Origin: Acidimicrobiales bacterium
GTDB lineage: Bacteria > Actinomycetota > Acidimicrobiia > Acidimicrobiales > RAAP-2
Length of the DNA: 32,158 nucleotides
Reading direction: 5' to 3'
NCBI GenBank assembly: GCA_017883125.1
Contig: JADGOD010000008.1
Span: forward strand, 1 to 32,158
This document shows, one piece after another, positions 8,323 through 17,250 of the stretch. The notes beneath the pieces were generated by a model. It was not told where the DNA came from. It saw only the letters and a list, made by a program, of their open reading frames with translations, and did no database searches. The number at the start of each line of letters is the position of its first letter. The first letter of the stretch is position 1. A program made the position numbers and the translations under genes.

Positions 8323-10182
8323 ATGGGGCCCGCCGGGGTGCGCCCCCGGCCCCGGTACGCTTGTCGGATCGTGCCTCCCGTAAAACCCACAGGCCAAGTC
8401 CCCACCTCCCTGATCAGGAACTTCTCCATCATCAGCCACGTCGACCATGGGAAATCGACCCTTTCGGACCGGATCCTGGAGATCACCGGCGCCGTCGATC
8501 CCCGGCTGATGCGAGCGCAGTACCTCGACTCGATGGACATCGAGCGGGAGCGGGGGATCACCATCAAGGCCCAGAACGTCCGAGTCGGCTTCGAGGGCCA
8601 CACCCTCCACCTGATCGACACCCCTGGTCATGTCGACTTCGGCTACGAGGTCTCCCGATCGCTGGCCGCCTGCGAAGGGGCGGTCCTGCTGGTGGACGCC
8701 TCCCAGGGGATCCAGGCCCAGACCCTGGCCAACTGCTACCTCGCCCTCGAGAACGATCTCGAGATCGTCGCGGTCCTCAACAAGATCGACCTCCCTGCGG
8801 CCGAGCCCGAGCGCTGCGCGCTCGAGATCGAGCAGGTCCTCGGCCTAGCCGCGGCGGACATCCTCTCGATCTCGGCGAAGACCGGCGAAGGGGTCCCCGA
8901 GCTGCTCCGGGCCATCATCGAGCGTGTCCCGCCGCCCACCGGCGACCGAGACGCACCCCTGCGCGGGCTGATCTTCGACTCGAGCTTCGACCAGTACCGG
9001 GGGGTGGTCAGCTCGCTGCGCATCATGGACGGAACGCTGCGGACCTCGGACCGTCTCCGGTTCATGCAGGCCAACGCCGTCCACGACGTCGAGGAGATCG
9101 GTGTCCGCACACCCGTGCCGCTGCCCATCGACGAGCTCGGACCCGGCGAGGTCGGCTACCTGATCGCCGGGATCAAGGATGTCGGCGAAGCCCGCTCCGG
9201 TGAGACCGTGACCACGGCGATCCACGGGGCGACCGAGGCGCTGGAAGGCTACGAGGATCCGTTGCCGATGGTCTTCTGTGGGATCTATCCCATCGACGGC
9301 GATGACCTGCCGGACCTGCGTGACTCGCTCGAGAAGCTCAAGCTCAACGACGCCAGCTTCACCTTCGAGCCCGAGTCGTCACGGGCCCTCGGCTTCGGGT
9401 TCCGGTGCGGCTTCCTCGGGCTGCTCCACATGGAGATCATCATGGAGCGCTTGGATCGCGAGTTCAACCTGGCCATCATCGCCACGGCTCCCTCGGTCGT
9501 CTACAAGGCGTACCTCACCGACGGGACAGAGCTGGTCATCGACAACCCGACCGAGCTGCCCGAGGCCTCACGGCTCGATCACCTCGACGAGCCGATGCTG
9601 GTGATCACCATCCTGTCGCCGTCGGAGTACACCGGGGCGATCATGGATCTGTGCCAGACCCGGCGAGCCGAGATGGTGCGGATGGAGTACCTGAGCCCCG
9701 AGAGGGTCGAGCTGGTCTACGAGATCCCGATGGCCGAGGTCGTCCTCGACTTCTTCGACCAGCTGAAGAGCCGGACCAAGGGCTACGCCAGCCTCGACTA
9801 CGAGCGAAAGGGGTTCCAGACCTCGAACCTCGTGCGGGTCGACATCCTGATCAACAGCATCCCGGTCGATGCGTTCTCGACGATCGTGCACCGCGACTCG
9901 GCGGAGCGCTACGGACGGCGGATGGCCGAGCGGCTCAAAGAGCTGATCCCTCGCCAGATGTTCGATGTCCCCATCCAGGCGGCGATCGGAGGCCGGGTGA
10001 TCTCTCGGGAGACGGTGAAGGCCAAGCGCAAGGACGTCCTGGCGAAGTGCTACGGCGGTGACATCACCCGGAAGCGCAAGCTGCTCGAGAAGCAGAAAGA
10101 GGGCAAGAAGAAGATGAAGAACATCGGACGGGTCGAGATCCCCCAAGAGGCGTTCATCTCCGCCTTGCGCCTCGAGGACTGA
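8323..10182 (+). CDS. lepA: translation elongation factor 4
   Basis: [18 protein letters not shown]1 motif, DTPGHVDF G3, NKIDL G4, and the LepA-specific C-terminal domain ([16 protein letters not shown]). The start is uncertain: ATG 8323 gives the longest ORF, and GTG 8371 is an alternative. Confidence 0.93.
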   Translation: MGPAGVRPRPRYACRIVPPVKPTGQVPTSLIRNFSIISHVDHGKSTLSDRILEITGAVDPRLMRAQYLDSMDIERERGITIKAQNVRVGFEGHTLHLIDTPGHVDFGYEVSRSLAACEGAVLLVDASQGIQAQTLANCYLALENDLEIVAVLNKIDLPAAEPERCALEIEQVLGLAAADILSISAKTGEGVPELLRAIIERVPPPTGDRDAPLRGLIFDSSFDQYRGVVSSLRIMDGTLRTSDRLRFMQANAVHDVEEIGVRTPVPLPIDELGPGEVGYLIAGIKDVGEARSGETVTTAIHGATEALEGYEDPLPMVFCGIYPIDGDDLPDLRDSLEKLKLNDASFTFEPESSRALGFGFRCGFLGLLHMEIIMERLDREFNLAIIATAPSVVYKAYLTDGTELVIDNPTELPEASRLDHLDEPMLVITILSPSEYTGAIMDLCQTRRAEMVRMEYLSPERVELVYEIPMAEVVLDFFDQLKSRTKGYASLDYERKGFQTSNLVRVDILINSIPVDAFSTIVHRDSAERYGRRMAERLKELIPRQMFDVPIQAAIGGRVISRETVKAKRKDVLAKCYGGDITRKRKLLEKQKEGKKKMKNIGRVEIPQEAFISALRLED

Positions 10183-10210
10183 TTCGTCCTGCCCGAGAGG
10201 CCGATCAGCG

Positions 10211-10237
10211 TTGGCACTCGGTAGACTCGAGTGCTGA
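10211..10237. promoter_or_regulatory. CIRCE operator (HrcA binding site)
   Basis: TTGGCACTC-GGTAGACTC-GAGTGCTGA versus the consensus TTAGCACTC-N9-GAGTGCTAA: one mismatch per arm and exact 9-nt spacing. A TAGACT -10-like hexamer sits in the spacer, and the site lies immediately upstream of hrcA. Confidence 0.88.
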
Positions 10238-10245
10238 GGCCCACC

Positions 10246-11325
10246 ATGCGCACCGAAGACCACGACAGCTCGCTCTCCCGTTCCGGCGGGGATCTCGACG
10301 CCCGAAAGGCGGCGATCCTCGAGGCCATCGTCACTGGGTACATCGGTACCGCCCAGCCGGTGGGGTCCTCCCATGTCGCATCAGCAACCGGGATCCAGGT
10401 CTCTCCGGCGACCGTGCGCTCCGAGATGGTCGCCCTCGAGCGTGATGGCTACCTGATCCAGCCCCATACCAGCGCCGGACGGATCCCCACCGACAAGGGG
10501 TACCGCTTCTTCGTCGACCATCTGGCCAGCCCGGGTCGCCTCGGCCCGCAGCAGGCCAAGCAGGTCTCCTCCTTCTTCACGCAGGTCCAAGGTGGCCTCG
10601 AGGAGGTCCTCGAGTCGACCTCGTCGCTGCTGAGCGACCTGACGTCCTACGCCGCAGTGGTGGTGGGTCCCTCCCACGAGCAGGCGCCCGTCCGATCGGT
10701 CCAGGTCGTCGGGCTCGCCCCGCGACGTGGCCTGGTCGTCGCCGTCCTCGCCGACGGAGCCGTCGAGAACCGCCACGTCGAGTTCCCCTTCGACGTCGAT
10801 GACGACGTACTCGCTCAGGCCACCGCCCACCTTCAGGCCACCGTGTCGGGCGCGACCATCAGCGCACTTCCCACCGTGCCCCCCATCAACGTCCCGGCCA
10901 CCGATGACGTCTGCCGCCTGGCCGCAGAGGCGTTGACAGAGGCGGGCAAGTTGTCCGACCACGAGGCGGTCTTCGTCGGTGGTCCCTCCCGTCTGGCCTC
11001 CGCGTTCGACGCCATCGAGACCGTCCGGGGCGTCTTGAGCATCCTCGAGCAGCAGCTGGTGGTCGTCTCGCTGCTCCGCGACGTCCTCGAACGGGGGCTC
11101 TCGGTGGCGATCGGCTCCGAGCACGGCTACGAGCCGCTGGCATCGTGCGCCGTGGTCGTGGCTCCGGTCGAGGTCAACGGACGTCAGTCCGGGGCCGTGG
11201 GAATCCTGGGGCCGACCCGGATGAACTACCCCGAGGCGATGGCGGCGGCCGAAGTGGTGGGACGCCAGCTGAGCGAGCGGATCGGTGCCGAGCAGGGAAA
11301 CCAGGAGCTGAACGAACATGGCTGA
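10246..11325 (+). CDS. hrcA: heat-inducible transcription repressor HrcA
   Basis: Winged-helix N-terminus ILEAIVTGYIGTAQPVGSSHVA...ATVRSEMVALERDGYLIQPHTSAGRIPTDKGYRFFVD. ATG 10246 has a GAGG Shine-Dalgarno 6 nt upstream. The track start at 10231 lies inside CIRCE. Confidence 0.93.
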   Translation: MRTEDHDSSLSRSGGDLDARKAAILEAIVTGYIGTAQPVGSSHVASATGIQVSPATVRSEMVALERDGYLIQPHTSAGRIPTDKGYRFFVDHLASPGRLGPQQAKQVSSFFTQVQGGLEEVLESTSSLLSDLTSYAAVVVGPSHEQAPVRSVQVVGLAPRRGLVVAVLADGAVENRHVEFPFDVDDDVLAQATAHLQATVSGATISALPTVPPINVPATDDVCRLAAEALTEAGKLSDHEAVFVGGPSRLASAFDAIETVRGVLSILEQQLVVVSLLRDVLERGLSVAIGSEHGYEPLASCAVVVAPVEVNGRQSGAVGILGPTRMNYPEAMAAAEVVGRQLSERIGAEQGNQELNEHG

Positions 11326-12439
11326 TCTCGGCGACCTCTACGAGATCCTCGGCGTCAGTCGCACGGCGACCGCCGATGAGATCAAGCGCGCCTATCGCAA
11401 GCTGGCCCGTGAGCTGCATCCCGACACCAACCCCGACCCGGCCGCCGAAGAGGAGTTCAAGAGGATCTCGGTGGCCTACGAGGTGCTCTCGGACCCCGAG
11501 CAGCGCGCCCGATACGACACCTACGGCGACCCCCGGATGGGCGCCGGCCAAGGTGGGTCGGTCTTCGACACCAACGGCGGCCTCGGCGACCTCTTCGACG
11601 TCTTCTTCAGCCAGATGGGGGGGAACCAGAACCGCCACCGGGGGCCGATCCCCGGTGCGGACATCGAGACGAGCGTCCGGCTCGATCTGGTCGAAGCGGC
11701 CTTCGGCGCCGCCAAGGAGGTGAGCCTCCGACTCCCGGTGACCTGCCCGGAGTGCTCGGGCTCCGGCGCCGAGACCGGGACGACACCGGAGATGTGCGTT
11801 GACTGTCAGGGGGCCGGGGAGATCCGCCGGGTCCGCCAGTCGCTCTTGGGCCAGATGGTCACGGCCTCGCCGTGTCAGCGCTGTCATGGGATGGGCCAGG
11901 TGATCGCGTCGCCGTGCTCGGCGTGCCGAGGAGACGGCCGAGTGACCGACCAGCGGACGCTGACCGTCGAGATCCCCTCGGGGGTCGAGTCGGGCACCAC
12001 GTTGCGTCTGACGGACCGGGGGGCAGCAGGCCCTCGTGGCGGCCCGCCAGGATCGCTCTACGTCCATCTCGAGGTCGCTCCCGACCCACGCTTCGAGCGC
12101 CAGGGCGATGACCTCCACACGATGGTCCACGTCAGTGTGGCCCAGGCGGCGATAGGCACCGCCCTGGAGGTCGAGACCCTCGAAGAGCCAACCTCGGTCG
12201 GCATCGCGCCGGGGACCCAGTCGGGCACGGTGACCCGCCTCAAGGGCCAAGGCGTCCCGCACCTGCGCGGTCGTGGTCGAGGCGATCTCTACGTCCACGT
12301 CCAGGTCGACACGCCCCTTGAGCTCACTGACCGCGAGGTCGAGCTGCTGGGCGAGCTGGCCGCCATCCGTGGCGAGCACCTGGAGCCCCCCGAGGAGCAC
12401 CATGGGATCCTCTCGAAGATCAGGTCCGCCTTCCATTGA
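11318..12439 (+). CDS. dnaJ: molecular chaperone DnaJ
   Basis: J domain (DLYEILGV...YRKLARELHPDTNP), G/F-rich linker and four CxxCxGxG zinc-finger repeats. It overlaps the hrcA 3' end by 8 nt. Confidence 0.95.
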   Translation: MADLGDLYEILGVSRTATADEIKRAYRKLARELHPDTNPDPAAEEEFKRISVAYEVLSDPEQRARYDTYGDPRMGAGQGGSVFDTNGGLGDLFDVFFSQMGGNQNRHRGPIPGADIETSVRLDLVEAAFGAAKEVSLRLPVTCPECSGSGAETGTTPEMCVDCQGAGEIRRVRQSLLGQMVTASPCQRCHGMGQVIASPCSACRGDGRVTDQRTLTVEIPSGVESGTTLRLTDRGAAGPRGGPPGSLYVHLEVAPDPRFERQGDDLHTMVHVSVAQAAIGTALEVETLEEPTSVGIAPGTQSGTVTRLKGQGVPHLRGRGRGDLYVHVQVDTPLELTDREVELLGELAAIRGEHLEPPEEHHGILSKIRSAFH

Positions 12440-13200
12440 CCTTCACGAAGGGGGCGAAGACCCGCAGCGAGGCCGCTGCTCAGGTCTTCGTCGACGATCT
12501 CGACCATGTCGTCCTCGAGAAGGCCGACCTCCACCACCTGATGACCGTGCGGCGCCTACGGGCTGGCGAATCGGTGATCGCCGCCGACGGCATGGGATCC
12601 TGGCGACGCTGCGTCGTCGATGGGAGCCGCAACGTCGTCGCCGACGGGGCCATCGAGTTCGAGCCCGAGCCGGCCCAGGTGCTCACGGTGGCATTCGCTC
12701 CGGTCAAGGGCGATCGCAGCGAGTGGGCGGTGGCCAAGCTCACCGAGCTCGGCGTCGATCGGATCGTGGCGCTGGCCACCGAGCGAGGCGTGGTGCGCTG
12801 GAGCTCGACGGCGGCCGGACGAGCCCTTGATCGCTGGGAGCGGGTGGCGAAGGAGGCGTGCTGCCAGTCACGTCGGGTGCGGCTCCCTGTCATAGAAGGC
12901 CCGAGCGAGGTCGCGTCGTTCTCGGGTGAGCCCGGCGTCGGGATCGCCGTCCCCGGCGGCCCAGCGCTGAGCGGGAGAACCTCCACCCTCCTGATCGGCC
13001 CCGAAGGCGGCTGGTCGGAGGCGGAGCTCGCACTGGGGTTCGAGCCTGTCGGCATGGCGGGGAACGTCTTGCGGACCGAGACGGCAGCGATATCCGCTGG
13101 TGTGCTCCTTGAGGCCACTCGGGCGGGTACGGTCGCGCTCGTGGACAACAACGATTCGAAGGGCCCCTCTGAGACGACACGCAGCGAGGATCAGCGGTGA
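12436..13200 (+). CDS. rsmE: 16S rRNA (uracil1498-N3)-methyltransferase
   Basis: C-terminal SPOUT block LLIGPEGGWSEAEL and N-terminal PUA-like HHLMTVRRLRAGESV. TTG is the only available start and overlaps the dnaJ stop (TTGA). Confidence 0.82.
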   Translation: MTFTKGAKTRSEAAAQVFVDDLDHVVLEKADLHHLMTVRRLRAGESVIAADGMGSWRRCVVDGSRNVVADGAIEFEPEPAQVLTVAFAPVKGDRSEWAVAKLTELGVDRIVALATERGVVRWSSTAAGRALDRWERVAKEACCQSRRVRLPVIEGPSEVASFSGEPGVGIAVPGGPALSGRTSTLLIGPEGGWSEAELALGFEPVGMAGNVLRTETAAISAGVLLEATRAGTVALVDNNDSKGPSETTRSEDQR

Positions 13201-13556
13201 GCGGTGCGCCGAACTGCCTCTTCTGCCGGATCGTGGAGGGAACGATCCCGTCTGAGACGATCTACTCGAACGACGTGGTGATCGCCTTCAGAGACATCGC
13301 ACCTCAGGCGCCGACCCACGTCCTGGTCGTGCCTCGTGCCCACATCGAGCACGCCGGAGCGGTCACCGCCGATGATGCAGCCACGGTCGCGGCGATGCTC
13401 CTGGCCGCCCAGGATGTCGCCGTCCTCGAAGGGATCGACGGTCCGGACCGGGGCTTTCGGCTGGTCATGAACGTCGGCCCCGACGCCCAGAACTCCGTCG
13501 CGCACCTCCATCTCCACGTCCTTGGAGGCCGATCGCTGACGTGGCCGCCCGGGTGA
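13197..13556 (+). CDS. histidine triad (HIT) family nucleotide hydrolase
   Basis: CLFCRI zinc-motif N-terminus and the HIT motif HLHLHVLGG. GTG start overlaps the rsmE stop (GTGA), with a GAGGA Shine-Dalgarno 6 nt upstream. Confidence 0.9.
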   Translation: MSGAPNCLFCRIVEGTIPSETIYSNDVVIAFRDIAPQAPTHVLVVPRAHIEHAGAVTADDAATVAAMLLAAQDVAVLEGIDGPDRGFRLVMNVGPDAQNSVAHLHLHVLGGRSLTWPPG

Positions 13557-14551
13557 GCGATCCCGTGCCAGGCCCCGAGACCGAGGAGACCGTCCGGTCC
13601 TCGACGATGGTCCCCAACACCCACTTGATGGCGGCGCTGCTCGGGGAGCGCGACGAGCTGCTCCGCCAGATCGAGACGGCCTTCCCCGATGAGAGGATCG
13701 CCGTCCAGGGGAACCTGATCACCGTCGAGGGGCCGCAGTCCTCCCGCGTCGTGGGGCTCTTCGACGAGCTGGTGCTCCTGCTCGAAGCGGGCCAGTCACT
13801 CGATCCTCCCAAGGTGGCTCGCACCATCGACATGGCCCGCGAGGACCTCCGCCCCTCAGAGGTCCTCGGAGCGACCGTCGTGAGGGCCGCCAAGGGCCGA
13901 ACGATCCGGCCCCACACCGCTGGACAGAAGCGCTACTGCGACGCGATCGTGTCCAACACCATCACCTTCGGGATCGGCCCGGCCGGCACGGGGAAGAGCT
14001 ACCTCGCCGTGGCGCTGGCCGTCCAGGCCCTCCAGTCCCGTCAGGTCAACCGGATCGTGCTGACCCGCCCGGCGGTCGAGGCCGGTGAGCGCCTGGGGTT
14101 CCTCCCGGGGGACCTGATGGCCAAGGTCGATCCCTATCTGCGGCCTCTCTACGACGCCCTCTTCGACATGCTCGAGCCCGAGGGTGCCCAGCGTCTGATC
14201 GACAAGGCGACGATCGAGGGCGGACGGCTGGCGTTCATGCGAGGAAGGACGCTGAACAACTCGTTCATCATCCTGGACGAGGCGCAGAACACCTCTCCAG
14301 AGCAGATGAAGATGTTCCTGACCCGGATCGGCTTCGGGTCTAAGTGCGTCGTCACAGGTGACAAGACCCAGGTGGACGTCGCAGGTGGACGTTCGGGGCT
14401 CTTGGAGATCGAGTCGATCCTCGCGGGGATCGAGGGGATCTCCTTCGTCCACCTCGACCGACGAGACGTCGTCCGGCACAAGATCGTGGCCGACATCGTC
14501 GACGCCTACGACCGCGCCTCGCTCGAGGGGAAGCCCGCCGATGGCCGTTGA
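13541..14551 (+). CDS. phoH: PhoH-like ATPase
   Basis: Walker A GIGPAGTGKSYLAV, Walker B FIILDEAQN and the GDKTQVD motif. The start is uncertain among GTG 13541 (GGAGG 12 nt upstream), GTG 13553 (GTGA overlap with the HIT stop) and ATG 13607. Confidence 0.9.
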   Translation: MAARVSDPVPGPETEETVRSSTMVPNTHLMAALLGERDELLRQIETAFPDERIAVQGNLITVEGPQSSRVVGLFDELVLLLEAGQSLDPPKVARTIDMAREDLRPSEVLGATVVRAAKGRTIRPHTAGQKRYCDAIVSNTITFGIGPAGTGKSYLAVALAVQALQSRQVNRIVLTRPAVEAGERLGFLPGDLMAKVDPYLRPLYDALFDMLEPEGAQRLIDKATIEGGRLAFMRGRTLNNSFIILDEAQNTSPEQMKMFLTRIGFGSKCVVTGDKTQVDVAGGRSGLLEIESILAGIEGISFVHLDRRDVVRHKIVADIVDAYDRASLEGKPADGR

Positions 14552-15056
14552 GGTGTTCGGAGCCGACGAGCAGAGCACCCACGAGGTCAACCTCGAGCGC
14601 ATGGTGGCCCTGGCAGCCGCCGCGCTCGACGCGGAGGGCGTGAAGGAGCCCGCCGAGGTCTCCCTCCTCTTCGTCGACGGCGAGACGATCGCCACGCTGA
14701 ACGAGCGGTTCATGCACAAGCAGGGTCCGACGGACGTCCTGAGCTTCCCGATCGAGGACGAGTTCAACCCCTCGGGGAGGTTCCCCGACTCGGGCACGAC
14801 CGGGCCGGGTATGGACGACGAGCCCGTCGAGGAGCCGACCCTGCTGCTCGGAGACGTGGTCGTCTGCCCTGAGATCGCGGCGAAGAACGCCGTGGACCAT
14901 GGCGTCAGCCTCGACGATGAGATCGCCCTGCTCGTGGTCCACGGAATCCTCCACCTCCTGGGGTGGGATCACCAGATCGATACCGAGGCCGAGCGCATGG
15001 AAGCGCGCGAGCAGCACCTGCTGGCCCGCTTCCATCGACCCGGGGTGACGAGTTGA
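14541..15056 (+). CDS. ybeY: rRNA maturation endoribonuclease YbeY
   Basis: GPTDVLSFP block and zinc motif HGILHLLGWDH. It overlaps phoH by 11 nt. Confidence 0.92.
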   Translation: MAVEVFGADEQSTHEVNLERMVALAAAALDAEGVKEPAEVSLLFVDGETIATLNERFMHKQGPTDVLSFPIEDEFNPSGRFPDSGTTGPGMDDEPVEEPTLLLGDVVVCPEIAAKNAVDHGVSLDDEIALLVVHGILHLLGWDHQIDTEAERMEAREQHLLARFHRPGVTS

Positions 15057-16345
15057 TCCTGGCGACGGGCTCTGCGTCGGTCGATGTCGCCCTGGTGGCG
15101 GTCATCGCCGTGCTCCTGGTGGCCTCGGGGGCGTTGGCGGCGGCCGAGACGAGCCTCGTCCGCACCTCGCGGGTCAAGGCGAAGTCGCTGAAGGACGAGC
15201 AGCGCCGGGGGGCCGGAGCCCTCGTCCGGCTCGTCGATCGCCCTGAGCGGTTCTTGAACCCGGTGCTCCTGCTCGTCCTGATCTGCCAGCTGGTCTCGGC
15301 CACCCTGATCGGGATCTTGGCCAATCAGTGGCTGGGTGGATGGGGAGTGCTCGCCGCCACCGTCTTCGAGGTGGCGGTGATCTTCGTCTTCTTCGAAGCC
15401 GTCCCCAAGAACTGGGCGGTCCACCATCCCGAGCGCGCCGCGCTCGTCAGCGCGCCGGTCGTCGACTGGCTGATCCGCTTCCCACCGGTGCGGGCTCTGG
15501 CCAGCGTGCTGATCGGGATGGCCAACGTGGTGCTGGGGCGTCGGGGAGATGCAGCGCACGTCGCGCTGGTCACCGAGTCCGAGCTCCTGGCGATGGCCGA
15601 CGTCGCCCGTGACGAGGCGGTCATCGACGCCGAGGAGCGTGCGTTCATCCACTCGGTGATCGACTTCGGCGACACCGTCGTGCGCGAGGTCATGGTGCCT
15701 CGCCCCGACATGGTCGCTCTCGAGACGTCGATCTCGGTCTCCGACGCGCTCGTCGAGGCCCTCGAGGCGGGCTTCTCCCGGCTCCCCGTCTACCACGAGT
15801 CGATCGACGACGTCAGCGGTATCGCCTACACCAAGGACCTCATGCGCCTCGAGCGGGGAGGTCGGGGCGACGATCCCGTGGGGGAGCACATCCGCGCCGC
15901 CCACTTCGTCCCCGAGACCAAGCAGGTCTCGACGCTCCTGCGCGAGATGCAGGAGAAGAAGGTCCACCAGGTGATCGTCGTCGATGAGTACGGGGGCACC
16001 GCCGGGTTGGCCACCCTCGAAGACGTCATCGAGGAGCTGGTCGGGGACATCGTCGACGAGTTCGACGTCGAGGAGCCGTCGGTCGAGCAGATCGACGAGA
16101 CCACCACGGTGGTCGCCGGCCGGATGCCGATCGACGAGGTCGACGACCTCCTCGAGACCTCGCTCCCCAAGGGGAGCTGGGACACCGTCGGAGGGCTCCT
16201 GCTCGACCTGATCGGAGGGGTTCCCGCCACCGGCGAGGGAGCCGACGTCAACGGATTCCGCTTCTCCGCCGAGCGTCTCGATGGCCGCCGGATCGACCGG
16301 GTGCGCATCGAGCGCCTCGGCACATCTCACACAGAGGACCACTGA
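15053..16345 (+). CDS. hemolysin-family / CNNM transporter-associated protein (DUF21 + CBS pair + CorC_HlyC)
   Basis: N-terminal multi-TM DUF21 region, tandem CBS region (VMVPRPDMVAL...VVDEYGGTAGLATLEDVIEELVGDI) and a C-terminal CorC/HlyC domain. A TTG start overlapping the ybeY stop (TTGA) is preferred over ATG 14963, which would overlap ybeY by 94 nt. Confidence 0.85.
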   Translation: MILATGSASVDVALVAVIAVLLVASGALAAAETSLVRTSRVKAKSLKDEQRRGAGALVRLVDRPERFLNPVLLLVLICQLVSATLIGILANQWLGGWGVLAATVFEVAVIFVFFEAVPKNWAVHHPERAALVSAPVVDWLIRFPPVRALASVLIGMANVVLGRRGDAAHVALVTESELLAMADVARDEAVIDAEERAFIHSVIDFGDTVVREVMVPRPDMVALETSISVSDALVEALEAGFSRLPVYHESIDDVSGIAYTKDLMRLERGGRGDDPVGEHIRAAHFVPETKQVSTLLREMQEKKVHQVIVVDEYGGTAGLATLEDVIEELVGDIVDEFDVEEPSVEQIDETTTVVAGRMPIDEVDDLLETSLPKGSWDTVGGLLLDLIGGVPATGEGADVNGFRFSAERLDGRRIDRVRIERLGTSHTEDH

Positions 16346-17250
16346 TGCGCTCAGGTTTCGCAACCATCGTCGGCCGACCCAACGTGGGCAAGTCGACGCT
16401 GCTCAACACCATCGTCGGCGAGAAGGTGACCATCACCTCGTCGAAGGCCAACACCACCCGGCACCAGATCCGTGGTGTGCTCAGCCGCCCCGATGCCCAG
16501 GTGGTCTTCATCGACACCCCGGGGCTCCACCGGCCCAAGACGAGGCTCGGTGAGCGCCTCAACGACCAGGCGATGAGCGCCTTCGACGACGTCGACGCGC
16601 TGATCGCCATGATCGAGGCGACCAACGCCATCGGACCCGGGGACCGCATGGTGCTCCGCCGATCGCTCGAGGTCGCCGCCCGAGGCGGCTGCTCGCTCCT
16701 CGTCGCCGTGAACAAGACCGACTCGGCGGGCCCCAACAAGACGGCCGGCCAGCTCTCCGAGGCCTTGCGGGTCGTCACCGAGCTGGCGGCGGAGCTCGGC
16801 GAGGCGGCGACGCGCGTGGCGGACAAGGCGGAGTTCTTCCCGATCTCGGCACGGACGGGCAAGGGCGTGCCGGTTCTCGTCGAGACCGTGGTCAACCGCC
16901 TCGAAGAGGGTCCCGCCTACTACCCCGAGGGCATGATCAGCGACCAGGCTGCCGCCGCCCACGTGGCGGAGCTGGTGCGCGAGCAGCTGCTCTCTCGGAC
17001 CAGGGATGAGCTTCCTCACGCCATCCACTGCCAGGTCACCGAGTGGGAGGGCTCGCACATCAGGGTAGAGATCCTCGTCGAGCGTGACTCCCAGAAGGGG
17101 ATCGTGATCGGCAAGGGAGGCGAGATCCTCAAGCAGGTCGGCACCGCCGCTCGTGCCCAGCTCCCCGAGGGTACCCACCTCGAGCTCTACGTCCGGGTGG
17201 AGAAGAACTGGCAGTCCCGGACCGAGGTCCTGGACCGCTTCGGCTACTAG
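16345..17250 (+). CDS. era: GTPase Era
   Basis: G1 motif GRPNVGKSTLLN, DTPG, NKTD and a C-terminal KH domain (KGIVIGKGGEILK). GAGGA Shine-Dalgarno 6 nt upstream. The start shares 1 nt with the preceding stop (TGATG). Confidence 0.95.
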   Translation: MRSGFATIVGRPNVGKSTLLNTIVGEKVTITSSKANTTRHQIRGVLSRPDAQVVFIDTPGLHRPKTRLGERLNDQAMSAFDDVDALIAMIEATNAIGPGDRMVLRRSLEVAARGGCSLLVAVNKTDSAGPNKTAGQLSEALRVVTELAAELGEAATRVADKAEFFPISARTGKGVPVLVETVVNRLEEGPAYYPEGMISDQAAAAHVAELVREQLLSRTRDELPHAIHCQVTEWEGSHIRVEILVERDSQKGIVIGKGGEILKQVGTAARAQLPEGTHLELYVRVEKNWQSRTEVLDRFGY

